NCBI RefSeq assembly: GCF_009914755.1
Contig: NC_060936.1
Origin: the human T2T-CHM13v2.0 reference genome, Homo sapiens
Reading direction: 5' to 3' (one strand)
Length of the DNA stretch: 64,000 bases
Shown here: positions 1 through 18,418 of the stretch, piece after piece
Layout: every line of letters starts with the position of its first letter
Position numbering within the stretch: position 1 is the stretch's first letter
The notes under the pieces: generated by a model
What the model was told of the DNA's origin: nothing
The model's input: only the letters and a program-made list of their open reading frames with translations
The model's database searches: none
Translations under genes and position numbers: made by a program

Positions 1-456
1 TTGTAGCAACATGGATGGGTCTGGATGACACTATGTTAAGTGAAGTATGCCACGCACAGAAAGACAAATACTGGATGTTCTCATTTATATGTGGGAGCTA
101 AAAAAGTTGATCTCGTGGAGGTAGAGAGTAGAATGGTGGTTACCAGAGGTTGGAAAGGAGAAGGGGCGGGGGTGTGAAAAGAGGTTGCTTAGTGGGTATA
201 AAACACATTTAGATGGAGGGAATAAGTTCTAGTGTTTGATAGCACAATAGGGTGACTATAGTTACCAACACTTTATTGTCTATTTCAAAAGAGCCAGAAG
301 AGAAGATTTGGAATGTTCTCAACTCAAAGAAATTATAAATGTTTGAGGTGATGGATAGATATCCCTATTACTCTGAGTTGATCATTATACACTCTATGTA
401 GGTATCAAAATATCACGTGTACCCTATAACTATGTACTATTATTATCAGTAAAAAA
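1..456 (+). mobile_element. Old L1 3' UTR (L1MA8/9-like)
   Basis: Typical L1MA 3' end (gagagtagaatggtggttaccagagg...gtatcaaaatatcac...) ending in an A-rich tail. Confidence 0.75.
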
Positions 457-1590
457 TATTGCTGCTATGAACATTCTAGTTGTCTTTGGTGAGAATGGGT
501 ATGCATTTCTGTAGGAACCATAACTAGGTTTGGAATTGTTGGGTCACAGGGTATGCGTATGCTCAGCTTCAGCAGATACTGTCAAAGAGGTTTTCTAAAG
601 AGTTTTATGAATTTGCTGTCCCACCAGAAGGGAATGAGAATTCCAGTTGCTCTATATGTTTACCACCTCTTGTTGTGGTCAGTCTTTTCCACTGTAGCCA
701 TTCAGTTGAGTGTGTAGTGGTATCACACTGTGTTTTCAATTTGCATTTCCCTGATGACTAACGTAGTAGAGCAATTTTTCATACAGTTATTGGCCATTTG
801 AATATTCTCTTTTGTGACGTGTCTGATCAGGTATTTTCCCTGATTTTTTATTAGTTGTCTGGCTTATTGCTTTGTGAAAATTAAATATATATATATAATT
901 TAAAAAATAATTAAAATAGTTTTAAAAACTAAAAAATAATTTCAAAATATATATTCTAGTATGAGTCATTGTTGGATATGTGATTTGCAAATATACTTTC
1001 CTCCCTCTATGACTTACCATTTCAATGCTTAAAGGTGTTTTTTGATAAAGAGAAGTTCTACATTATTTATATTATGGTTATACTTTATATGTTATGTTTA
1101 AGAAATCTTTGCTTACTATAAAGTCATCGTGATGCTCTCATATGCTTTTTTTTACAGGTTTCATTGTTTAATTTTATATTTATATCAGTAATCCTCTGAA
1201 ATTGATTCCTATGTGTTGTGCCCGGTAGAGTCAAGATATATTTTCTCCACATGGATATAATTGATCCATTATCATTTTTTGAAAGGGCTACTTTTTTTCT
1301 CATTGCATTACAATGTCACCTGTGTCACAAATCAGGTGAATATATGTACACAGACAGATTAATATATATATTCATATGTACCACTCATGTATTTATGAAT
1401 ATATACATATGTATATATGTGTGTGTGTTTTCTGGACACTCTGTTCTGTTTGTCTTTTCTTCGTGTGTCAGTACCATATTGTCTTAATTACTTCAGCTTT
1501 TTAATAGATCTTAATATCTAGCAGTATGGGTTCTCTCCAGTTCTTTATTGTTCTTTAAGACTGCCCTGACTTTCTTGACCCCTTTTAGTG
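457..1590 (-). mobile_element. Old degenerate L1M fragment
   Basis: Reverse-strand L1 motifs such as gctgctatgaacattc and ttgcatttccctgatgact. Confidence 0.7.
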
Positions 1591-1869
1591 TGGTTTTACT
1601 GTGTATTTAATTCAGCAAAAAGTAAAGCTCAGTAACTAAATAAGTGAGAGAGTTTAGGCCCTTGCCAAGGGAATAATAATATATGAAATAATCATGTTAG
1701 AATTTATGTGACAGATTTCAGTATTAAATTTGATAGACTGACATGGTTTATATATATATATATATTTAAAAATACTCTGTAGAATACTAATAAAAGTCTT
1801 CCAACTTAAATTTCTAGGGTCTCAATGGTGTCCCATGTAGCCAAAGAATTTTTAAATTTTTAAGGCAGG

Positions 1870-2245
1870 TGATATGGTTTGGCTCTGTGTCCCCACCCAA
1901 ATCTCATCTTGAATTGTACTTCCATAATTCCCACATGTTGTGGGAGGAACCTGGTGGGAGATAATTGAATCATGGGGGCAGTTTCCCCCGTACTATTCTC
2001 ATGGTAATGAATAAGTCTCATGAGATCTGAGGGTTTTATCAGGGGTTTCCGCTTTTGTGTCTTCCTCATTCTCTCTTTGCCTGTTGCCATCCACTTAAGA
2101 TGGGACTTGCTCCTTCTTGCCTTCCACCATGATTGTAAGGCTTCCCCAGCTACATGGAACTGTAAGTCCAGTTAAACCTCTTTCTTTTGTAAATTGCCCA
2201 GTCTTGGGTGTGTCTTCATCAGCAGTGTGAAAACAAACTAATTCA
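1870..2245 (+). mobile_element. THE1 (THE1C-like) MaLR solo LTR
   Basis: Runs tgatatggtttggctctgtgtccccacccaaatctc...aaacaaactaattca, with 5-bp TSD gcagg/gcaga. Confidence 0.9.
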
Positions 2246-2272
2246 GCAGACAATAAGAAAAAGCAGGTCTCA

Positions 2273-2570
2273 ATTTTTTTTTTTTTTTTGAGTGAGGGTC
2301 TCACTCTGTCACCCAGGCTATAGTGCAGTGGTATGATCATAGCTCACTGCAGCCTCGAACTCCTGGGCTCAAGTGATCTTCCCACCTCAGCCTACCGAGT
2401 AGCTGGTACCACAGGTGTGTGCCACTGCACCCAACGAATTTTTAATTTTTTAATAGAAACAGGGTTTTACCATGTTGCCCAGGCTGGTCTCAAACTCCAG
2501 ACCTCAAGTGATCCTCCCAACTCAGCCTCCCAAAGTGCTGGGATTACAGATGTGAGTCACTATGCCTGGC
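2273..2570 (-). mobile_element. AluJ
   Basis: Poly-T followed by a reverse Alu dimer with J-type positions (gctcactgcagcctcgaactcctgggctcaag). Confidence 0.92.
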
Positions 2571-2718
2571 ACAAAATTTCTTAAAGGTCTTTCTGAGCTC
2601 AGACATAGTAACTGGGGGCACACTTTGTACATACCATCATGGCCCTCATTGCACAAGCTCTGGAAGCCTTTACTTCCATTGTCAGTACTAATGTGAAGAT
2701 TTTTTAAAAAGGGGCATA

Positions 2719-7138
<4,420 letters not shown>

Positions 7139-8156
7139 AAAAAGGGGGCATAATTCTTTGAGGACCAATCTTTCAGGAAACTCAAAGTTTATCTTCCTCA
7201 TTTACTTTAAAAAGTGTAAATAGCAAAACCGATCCAGCATTTAAAGTGACAATTACCAATGGAAAGATGAAAATACTTGCCACCAAGGCAAAAAATTATT
7301 TGCCCTACCTGTTAAAATGATTTAGTATATTACACATGGTGGCTGCACAATCATCACATTCCCTATCATCATTCTACAGAAAGTCGGATTCCTCCTCAAT
7401 CTAAAAATAGTCGGGGCTGGATAAGTGATTCACAGGAAAAATGGAATGAATCTCCATCAGGCTCTGCTGAGGCAGAGAAACTGTTTAAGTAGCAGCCAGT
7501 GTGTGCCAGCCTGAGAAAGAATTCCTACTACTCATATTCTTAACTTTCCAAGACTGGGAAGGAACAGTCAGTCAGGAAGAGTTAATGGCTCAACAGCAAC
7601 ATGCAAATGCTCTGGCATCTTGTGCTACAGTTGGCTTCATGTTTCAGTTAAAAAAAAAAAAAAGTATCCTAGTTCTTTCAGAACCAGATGTGAAACGAGA
7701 CAAATGAATACCAACCACTCAGATTTCCTAAAAGCCAATTTACTTGGAAGTTGCCAAAAATATACTTTGAAATATTTAAAGCATCTACATTTCTGACCGA
7801 CCTCCTTGGTTTTTATAGGAGGTAAACATAAAATTAAAAACCAAATACTACTAAAGTACCAGTCTAAAGATGGGACTAGATTTTTTTTAATAAAAAGAAC
7901 AACAATTTGATGATTATGTATGAAAATAACCAATGTCCTGTCAACCGGGAAGCCTGACCAGGGAATCAAGAGAGCCAAGGCACTGAGAGGCACCAGCTGA
8001 GACCAGCATGACCGCTGTGTAGAAGTAATAAGCACACAGTCCAGGATCTTGAATTCAGTGAGTCCCCAATAAATGTGCATTTATTAATCATAAAATAAAT
8101 AAAATTTCCAATTTCCAATTAGAAGAATTTGATATAGCTAGAATTTGACCTAGCTA

Positions 8157-8508
<352 letters not shown>

Positions 8509-8629
8509 ATTAGGTGGGCTAGAATGGTGGGTGAATACTTTCAAATTACTGTTTAATATGCCTTACATTTTTATAGTGAGTTTACAAAGTGCTTACACAT
8601 ACATCATGCCATTTTCTTGCTCACAAAAC

Positions 8630-8710
8630 CCCTCTGGGATGGGCCTGGGCATTTTAAATGCTCTGTAGGTGATTCTGATGTTTGGTAAGAGTTGGGAACT
8701 ATTGCTTTAG
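8630..8710. mobile_element. MER5-type hAT-Charlie fragment
   Basis: gggcctgggcattttaaa...aggtgattctgatg...agttgggaactattgct resembles a MER5 terminus. Confidence 0.55.
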
Positions 8711-9944
8711 ACTGTAGCATTGCTCAGCAGTGAGTTTTCTTTTATTAGGGGGTTCAAATTGAGTTTGGTAAGGAGATCCTGAAGGCCTCCTAGCATTGTA
8801 GAGTGGTCCAAGTAAATGATGCTAATATTCAATTATTGTGTGTTAACAACTTTGCAGATCACCATGTCCATGGAACTGTATATGCCTTCAGGAGCATGTT
8901 TTGAAACTCGTATTTTCAACTGTGCAGTGAGATAGGTCTTCTATAGACATCTGTTTTTTTGACTAGGTTTTAGACAGCAAGGGTATTTGAAAGTGATAAA
9001 TAGCACTTTATGCCACTGGAACATATACTACCACTAACAGAAATTGAGGGAACTCCTGAAATACTGTAAAAGACCAAGGTAGAAAACTTTCCTAAAGAAA
9101 GAGCCAAATAGTTCTGTGGATAACTTGATCTATGGAATCCAATTACATGCAGAGCACATTCTGCCCATGTCCATAGAATTAAGGAAGGTGAGAGACTTAG
9201 CTAAAGGGCAAGAGTTAACAGATTGTTTCATTTTCAAACTTTCATTATGGAAACTTGATTTTAATGATGGCACTGCAGGATCACTCATGATACCTTTATT
9301 ATGTTAAGAAGTGAACACAGACTCTAAATTGGGAGTAAACCTGTGTTCCTTTTCCTGGGCTGCTTATTCCTCTCCTCTCTCCTGAGGAAAGCTGGATTCT
9401 AACACTTCATTATGAAAAATCTGGGCTGCAGGTGTAGTGCCCAGGAATCTGTAAAGATGCCTCTGGGTATATGTAAAAAAAGAGGCAGGAGGATTCCAGG
9501 AAAAGTATGCCTCACTCCCTTAGGCTGAGTAGCTTTACCATAACTTGAATCAATAAAAATACCTGAATGATTAAACAAGAGTAGATAATTAATTCATTGT
9601 CTCACTTTCTTCCTTCTTACTCAGAACTCTCTTAGGTGCTTAACATTAAATATTTGATGTTCTGGGATTTTCCTTTGGGTAAGGCTCAATAATGTACTTA
9701 AATGTACTTAAACCTAAAACTATTATATTTTAAATAATAAGATTCTACTTTTATTTTTAAACACTCTGTTAAGACTTTTATTTTTGTAAGAATATTAACT
9801 GAGTCTTAAACTTTGAATTCAAAAATCTTACATTTAGAATATATAAAGTCACATTCCAATATTTGTTCTGCCTTCAAAACTTTTACCTATACTTAAAACA
9901 TTGTTTCATACATCTGCTATAGTTTCTTTCAATCTTCTGTGAGT

Positions 9945-10550
<606 letters not shown>

Positions 10551-11056
10551 CTTCTCTACTTCTTCCTGGGTTAATCCCAGGGAATAAATAAGGATGCCAT
10601 CTATGATGCTTAATTAGTTTTCCAGTTGATGTGAAAAATTACTTTCTTTACTTGGCCAGAGAAAGCTAGAGAAAAGGCTCTTAAGCCAAAAAATTAAATT
10701 ACCTATTCATATGTCCCCAGAACTTTTAAGTTAATGTTGCTTCTATTACGATGCAGTGAAGTTGTTCCTAAAAGAAAGTTATGAGAGAAAGAGAAGGGCG
10801 AGCAGGAGGGAGCCAGACAGCTTTCTAGTGTATCATCAGTTAGATTTGCATGTGCCGTTCCACTTAATTAGCTTTGAGTGTTGTGAATTATTTCAATATT
10901 ACCCTATCTGCAATTTTAGATTATCTACACTGTTATGGATTGAGTTTTATAATCTATAACTAATGAATTCATATCTTGGGCAAGATATTAAAAAAATCTA
11001 CATGTGGAGCATGTAGACTGTACAAATTACAAAAATGAAACTTTTTTTTCCCACAG

Positions 11057-11460
11057 GTGGCATAGTTAATATTCCTGCCAAATAGTACCTTCAGCGTGAC
11101 TGACCAAACTAAAATTTACGTGAGCTCCCCACCCCCGTGCCCTCCCAAGTGTGAGAATTCTGCGGGAAAGGCTGCCAAGCTCCTGCTCTAATTTTGTTTG
11201 GAGAGTTAAATGTAAGGGAAGCAGATTCCACAAGGCGAATGTACCACTCAGCACGAAATCGACTTTTAAGGAACTCAACAGATGCACTGGAGTTAAGGAA
11301 ATCCCTTCTGAGAAGTCAGAGGTCCCAGAGTTACACAAAGCCGTTCCCGGCAGCGCGAAACATTTCAGATGTGGTGCAGTGAAAGCAAAGGAGTCCTCGG
11401 CGGCAGGTGAGCAATGGTGATGAACCGAAGCGCGCCAGGAGAAGGCCGGCGGGATTTCAT
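11057..11460. promoter_or_regulatory. Non-repetitive CpG-enriched intronic element (candidate enhancer, promoter or antisense exon)
   Basis: 18 CpGs counted in ~360 bp (11095-11452) against a CpG-poor background. No recognisable repeat. Confidence 0.5.
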
Positions 11461-12282
11461 ATGAGTGCAGCTGAAATATGACTTCAGTACTTGAACCAAT
11501 TCTTGTGAGTTAATGATAACCACTCCTTTCCACTCTCTGAAAGAGTGTGTGTGGCTCAGTACCTTTCTTTTTCTAACCTCTTGAGGGCCACAAGCTTAAA
11601 TGTGCCAGAAGGAAAGTCTCCAGTGAGCTGGAAATGTAGTCTCGTTACTTAGCTTGTTCAAATATATGATGTTTATCTGAAGCCACACCTGAACGTGTCT
11701 AAGAGCATCTCCTTTTACCAGTACCTGCAAGGTTCAGGCTCTGTGGAAGATAGGGGATATGGCAGGAGCTGGACCACGAATATGGATACCAAGATTTACA
11801 TTCCTTAAAAGACCCACAGAACACCCAGCTTTCGATGAGCCAAGTTACCACAGCGGGGCACCTTTCAAAAGCTATATAACTAGGGACTTCTACCATGTAG
11901 ACTCATATTTGCTATTTTGCTCCAACAAGCGTTATCTAAAATAGGAGGGCTGAACACAAGGTCATACAGGCCACTTTGTAGACTGACCCCAGTGCTTCCC
12001 AATATTCAAAGAACTGGAGAGAAATGATTTGTCACTGTGTACTACTGTACCTTCTCTGGGGGATGTCTCTTACAGCCCTTCAAAGTCTGAATCTCCAGAC
12101 TAATATTTACTGTTAGACTCTGGAGCTATAGTGCTCCTGAATCACTAGAAATTGCTAATGAAAATTTGGGTAGGAAGTCATCTCTTGGTATGGGCCAATG
12201 AATGGCCTGAAACCCTTCCACGTGGTGCTCTGAGATTCAGGCATCCTGATGCTTTTATCTGCAGCTGGAGGAAATGCTTCTG

Positions 12283-12425
12283 TAAGGAAAGGGAAGAAAA
12301 GGGAAAGAAGGGCAATAAGGGGAGGGAAGAGAAGGGAAAAGAAAAGAAAGAGAGAGGATAGGAGAGGAAGAGAGGAAAGGAGAAGGAACAAAAGAAAAAA
12401 GGAAGGAAAGAGAGGATGAATAAGA
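12283..12425 (+). repeat. GA-rich low-complexity tract
   Basis: Almost pure purine run. Confidence 0.85.
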
Positions 12426-12544
12426 ATACAAATTGCTTACTTAAGCTGTTACTGCATCTTTTACTACTACCTTTGGAGTTCTTCAGGGAAGAGTAAATGT
12501 GCACTCTCAATTTAGATGAAACACTGCTTTTAAGCTGTCTGCAT

Positions 12545-13860
12545 TTCATTCAGATAACAAGTATTTAACACTTTTTTGGTGTGTCAGGTACACACTATGC
12601 ATGTAGTGGCAAAAATGCATACATAATGTCCCTGTTTCCCCGTCCCTGCCCTTCTGGTACTTATTGTCTAATGAAAGAGACCAACAGCTTAGCTTACCAA
12701 CAAATTACCATTATAATTGTGATAATTACTATGAAGGAAAAGTAAGGGCTCCCTGGGGGAGTAAAACAGGGAGACCTAATCTAGATAGGATGTTATGGAA
12801 GTTTGTTTTGTCTGAGTAACAGACATTTAGGCTGAGTCTTTAAAGAACATTGCAAAATAGCTGGTAAAGAATGTGTGGAGGGATTGGAGAATCACTTCTT
12901 AGGCAGAGGGAACAGAACTTGGAAAGTCCCTGAGGACATGAACCCGGCATTGGGGAGGAGCTTAAAACAAGAGCATTGGGAATCAAAGGGAAGAGAGCAA
13001 CTGGGAAAGTTGAACACTGAGATAGGGGTGGCAATTCTGGGTAAAGGGCATGTAGGATTTGGAGGCAAGGCACAGATTTAGTGGAATGGCATTGAATGGA
13101 AGTGATGTGAAGAGCAGAGGTAGACACGAGCTGGGAGGTGACTACAGTTCCTTGGGAGAGAGATGGCAGCATCTGTGAGTGAGAGGCACGGACAAGTGTG
13201 TGGACAGCAAAAATGGAGAGGAGCAGGCTGACTGGAGAGAGTCAGGGAACTGTGTACGTCAGGCCTCTGAGCCCAAGCCAAGCCATCGCATCCCCTGTGA
13301 CTTGCACGTATACGCCCAGATGGCCTGAAGTAACTGAAGAATCACAAAAGAAGTGAATATGCCCTGCCCTACCTTAACTGATGACATTCCACCACAAAAG
13401 AAGTGTAAATGGCCGGTCCTTGCCTTAACTGATGACATTACCTTGTGAAAGTCCTTTTCCTGGCTCATCCTGGCTCAAAAAGCACCCCCACTGGGCACCT
13501 TGCGACCCCCACTCCTGCCCGCCAGAGAACAAACCCTCTTTGACTGTAATTTTCATTTACCTACCCAAATCCTATAAAACTGCCCCACCCTTATCTCCCT
13601 TCGCTGACTCCCTTTTCGGACTCAGCCCGCCTGCACCCAGGTGAAATAAACAGCCATGTTGCTCACACAAAGCCTGTTTGGTGGTCTCTTCACACAGACG
13701 CGCATGAAAGTGTAAGGCTTGGGTGTCAGTGGAGTGGGACAAATAAAAGATGGTCCAGGCTTTTGGCTTGAGAATTGCTCAAGTGGAGGCACTCATGCCT
13801 GAGATGGGGAAGATGGGAGAGGAACAGGCTAAGGGGAGAAGTACTAAACAGTTAATTTTA
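12545..13860 (-). mobile_element. L2 fragments interrupted by LTR7
   Basis: Reverse L2 3' end (ttcattcag...tatttaa...gtcagg) and L2-like body on both sides of the LTR. Confidence 0.55.
13257..13709 (+). mobile_element. HERV-H solo LTR (LTR7, 7up-like)
   Basis: 453 bp from (c)gtcaggcctctgagcccaagc to cacagacgcgcatgaaa. Perfect 5-bp TSD GTGTA (13252-13256, 13710-13714), TATAAAA 13573-13579, AATAAA 13645-13650. Confidence 0.96.
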
Positions 13861-13909
13861 AGAATTATCATATAAACGTTGTGTTAAAGCTGCTCTGGTT
13901 AAATTGCTG

Positions 13910-14110
13910 TTAAGCAAGGGTTCTGAAATCAGGCATAACAGTTTGAATTCTGGCTCTCTTATTTTCTACCTGGGCAAGTTATTTTATTTCCTCTGATTTC
14001 TCAAATAGGGATTCTTAAGTCTATCTCTTAAGGTAAAAATGCAATGTAATAATGTTTATAAAATACCTTGAACATCATAGGAACTTAGTAAATAAAAATT
14101 ACTATTACTA
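13910..14110 (+). mobile_element. MIR
   Basis: gtttgaattctggctct...cctgggcaagttattt MIR core. Confidence 0.6.
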
Positions 14111-15201
14111 TAATGGCAATGTATTATGTTAGAGAAAAGACTCAGTTTTGACTTTGACACTTATAAACTGTCATACAGGCAAAAAAAAAATGTATTTGAG
14201 ATTTCTTATCTTTAAAACCAGCCAAATTACCCTCTTTTCCTACGTCATGAAGAATATAAAAATGATAATTACAACTCTAACATTTTTTATTTAGTCTTGA
14301 ACCTATACCATTGATAAGTGATAAGAGGCCTTGGAGTGAAATAGTCTTTGTACTACAAGGAGGAGAAGATTATAAATATTTATAGCCTGTGACCACAGGA
14401 GCTCTGTGAAAAACAGTACTGTAAAGAGAATAGTGCATTGGGGGAAAGGTATTATTTAAGGTCAGTCTCATGATCACTGAGAAGGAGCAAAAAGATCCCT
14501 AGGACATCCAAATGTCAACTACAAAGTTCTTACATAATATTTTGGAAATGTAGCCTTCAACATTAAGTGTATGGTGACCATGAAGCCTATTATGCTCTGT
14601 ATCTTTTGTTTAGAAAATGGGATTTATTGTCCTCTTAAGTTGCAAATGAATTCACTAGCCTTGTGTGAACTGACCTATCACTGTGGAAGTCATGTGGATT
14701 CTTCCATTCATCAAAAAGTGACAGACTCCCATGTCATCACAGCCCTTTCAGTCTTTTTCTCAAAAAACAAGAGGTAGCCTGCTTACCTTAAATAGGTTAT
14801 CATGAGGATAAAATATGATGAAGATTATAAAAGTGCATATTAAACCAAAAGTACTCTAAATATAAGAAATTATTTTGGATATTATTACATTTGGGAGAAA
14901 GGCTCAAAATCAAATACTCTTCATTTATTTGTTCATTTATTTGCTTCATCAACCAATAAACAAATAATATCTTTTATGTACAGGGCACAACAGAGGATAC
15001 AATATGGGTAGAAATAGCTTCTGTTGTCAAGGAGTTTATAATGCTTAGGAGGAGAGACAGTCACACACACAGATAACTATAGTACTACACTGAATGGGGC
15101 AGAGACTATAGGAAGCATCTAAAAAAAGATAAGATGGTATGGGAGTTATTAGAATAGAGGTATTTCCTTTAGCTGGGTTTACCAGGATAACTCTAAGAAC
15201 A

Positions 15202-15505
15202 GGCTGGGTACAATGGCTCATGCCTGTAATACCAGCACTTTTGGGAGGTCAAGGCGAGAAGATCACTTGAGCCCAGGAGTTCAAGATCAGCCTGGGCAAC
15301 ACAGGGAGACCCTGTCTCTACAAAAAAATAAAAATACAAAATTATCCAGGCATGGTTGTGCACGCCTGTAGTCCCAGCTACTCAGGAGGCTGAGGTGGGA
15401 GGATAGCTTGAGCCCAGGGGGTCAGGGCTGCTGTGAACCTACCACCTCACAACAGCCTGGGCGACAGAGCCAAGATCTTATCTCAAAAAACAAACAAAAA
15501 ACCCC
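15202..15505 (+). mobile_element. AluJ
   Basis: Alu dimer with J-type positions, inserted in an L2-like fragment. Confidence 0.9.
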
Positions 15506-15589
15506 AAGAAACAGGAACAATTTTGAAAGGCTGTAATAGCAGAGTAAGAAAATTAATCTCATAACAACAACAATAATAAAACAACAATA

Positions 15590-15795
15590 AAAGCAGATTT
15601 CAAAATTTTCTATATGTGCCAAAAATGTGTCAAGTGCTTTAAAGGTATTAACAACTTTGATCATCACAATAACCATAGGAAGGAGCTGCTATGACCAATC
15701 CCCATTGTACAGACTTAGAACGGTCACACATCCAGTAAGTTGCAGAGCCAGGAAACAAATCTGAGTCCTTTTAATCACAATACTCTATTGTCTCC
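15590..15795 (-). mobile_element. MIR
   Basis: Reverse MIR (ccccattgtacaga...ggtcacacatccagtaagttgcagagccagga). Confidence 0.6.
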
Positions 15796-17950
15796 AGATA
15801 GGACGAAAGTCATGAAGAAACAGAAAAACATAGTAAAACCTCGGTGACAAATCATTAGGTGTTCAGTGTGGCTGAAGCACAACAAAAAACAAATCTAGCA
15901 GAGGTAGGTCTGGGAAAGGCTGGGTAGAGTCTTAGTGTTAGACTAAAAATTGTGGTCTTTATTTTATAACTAACAGGGAGATGTCTAAATAGGGACGATG
16001 GGAATTGTGAGAACAGATGTCAATGTTATGAGAGAGAGTCTTTAGAGACAGAAAAGGTAAAGAGGTTCAGGGAAAAATTTCACAGTGAGTCTCTTGCATT
16101 TTACTTGTTCTTAAGTAAAATAATTCAGTAGGAGAGGTGATCTGTGTAATAGTCAATCATTCAATGTTCCATGTGAATGACTCCATTAGATGCTACAGTG
16201 ATTTTCAGTGAGGACAAGTCCAACCTGTGATGCCCCCATAGAGATCAGGTGAAAGCTTGCTGGCTTTTCCATTTCCTATTTTACTGCTACCAATAGAATG
16301 TCTTCAGGTAGTAAGAACTAGGTGTTACAGAAAGAAGACATTGTATATTGGTGTGCTCTCAAAAGAAATTCACATTAAAAGTATGATCTCAACCTGCTTC
16401 TGAGAATTTGCAGTAGAGAAACTCTTCTTTAATCTTAAAAGTAAACCAGAGGGTCCTTACCAAAATGCTCTGACCTCCTGACCTCAAGACAGTTTCAGGG
16501 CAGTTTCTATCACGGTTGTGAAACCTGTGTCACACAGAAGAGCCAGGAGACAGGGGACTCAGTGGGTGTTACTGTATTGAGCAACTGTACCCTCCTGGGT
16601 GATCTCACAGGTGTATCTAGGAGTCATTTTCAGTGTCAAAGTCATAGAAACAAGTAGTAAAATAGTTTATCTCCTTGACAGCATGACTGTTGGAGTTAAC
16701 CTGGTATTTTAACACCCACTGGTATACCAGAAATAATTCTTAAAAAAATAATTTTATTACATACCAAGTACTGAAGTTAATACTGTTGGACAAAGATAGC
16801 TTAAACATGGAGAAAATTACGTCACGCCTGGTGGGGAATATTGTAGTCTTGTTTCTTTTGAAGCTATATACTATTATATAATGGCTAATGGAAGGTAAAA
16901 AAGAAGAATATTTTTTTCCCCAGTGAATGACTGGAGCTCATTTTATTAAGAGGAATGTAAAATTAGTATACAATCACAGAGAAAAGTAATCTTAATTAGT
17001 ACTTAATAGCACTCTATAAAAGATGGCCTCAGACTGACCTTGTGATCAATAGAAGTGCTTGCCTGCTACTCTTCTCAAAAGGAAAAGCCATTCTTGTCTA
17101 ACTAATACATATACATGACCTCAAAGAAACTCATCACACAAAGAGAGATCGCCTCCCCTGACAGAATTCAGTCAGTTTTTCCTATTTTTAAAATATGCTA
17201 AAATTAAAGGGATAATTTTCTCCCTAAAAGACATGTTTCATTTTAGAAGTCCCATATATAATCTGAAAAGGAGGGAATTTTAACCAACTTCCCATTAATT
17301 TAGTAAATATCTCAGAATGCTAAGATCAAAATCTTCACAGATAATGGCTTCACAGCAGCATGTTGGCTTTACACCTACTGTGAGAATGCTGGGAAGTAAT
17401 CTTTGAAAAATTTGTAATTGTCAATGGGACTACTGGGTTTGATGTGATTAACAAGAGAAATGATCAACTTTCCTTCTTAGATAGTGATTTTAGCTATAAT
17501 CACTTTAAATTGGTTAAACTATTTTTATTTATAGCATTTTTGTTTTGTATTTATGGTTACATCAATGAAAAAAGCAGTGATGATAAATTCTGAAATATTT
17601 TAAGAGAATTTATCAGGTCCAGAGACAGAATAGTGGAGCTGGAAGGACCTCTGAGATGATATAGTCTGGTCTCCTTATGTTACGAGTTAGGAGTAGTGGC
17701 CCAAAGATTTTTAAAAAACCCTTCTGATTCTATCACAATGGATATTACCTAAAATATAATCAATTTGGCCCTTAGAGAAAAATTTATAAGTTATTTGTCC
17801 ATGTTACTCCTACTCTGAATCAACTACTCATCACCATGGTACCTAATACAATGCTAAGCTTCTAGAAGGAGCTCCTAAATTATATTCTACAGTATTTTGT
17901 ATTCTTACATTTGTGTTACTCAGGAATTTGAAAGTGGTTATGAATACCTC

Positions 17951-18348
17951 TAATATCATTTGGATGTCATTTCCAAATCTCATGTTGAAATGTAATTCCC
18001 AGTGCTGGAGGTGGGGCCTGGTGGGAGGTGTTTGGGTCATGGGGGCAGATTCCTCATGGCTTGGTGCTGTCCTCACTATAGTGTGTTCTCATAAGATTTG
18101 GCTGTTTAAAATTGTGTGGTACCCTCTCCTTCTCTCACTCTTGCTTATGCTCTTGTCCTGTGATGTGCCTGCTTCCACTTCACCTTCTGCCATGAGTAAA
18201 AGCTCACTGAGGCCTTCCAAGATGCCAAGTATATGCTGACACCATGCTTGTACAGCCTGCAGAACTGTGGGCCAATTAAACCACTCTTCTTTATAAATTA
18301 CCCAGTCTCAGGTATTTCTTTATAGCAATGCAAGAATGGCCTAACATA
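17951..18348 (+). mobile_element. MSTB-like MaLR solo LTR
   Basis: ccaaatctcatgttgaaatgtaat...ggtatttctttatagcaatgcaagaatggcctaacata. Confidence 0.88.
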
Positions 18349-18418
18349 ATCTACACTAAAATCAGACTATCCAAATTACTTCAAAGACCCAGAAATGAAC
18401 AATTAGCATATTAGAAAT

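Noticed and set aside
7637-8080. 147-aa minus-strand ORF as an extra GRIP1 exon
   Set aside because: No similarity to the expected next GRIP1 sequence (DSVATASGPLLVEV...) and low-information composition. Exon 8 was not found and should lie left of the window.
9691-9711. Short tandem duplications (aatgtactta x2; similar cases at ~45231 and ~62261)
   Set aside because: Ordinary slippage duplications, with no array or spacer structure.
11151-11420. 89-aa + strand ORF in the CpG-rich element as a microprotein
   Set aside because: GTG start, no recognisable domain, and an upstream in-frame stop inside the candidate exon. No support without Ribo-seq or conservation.
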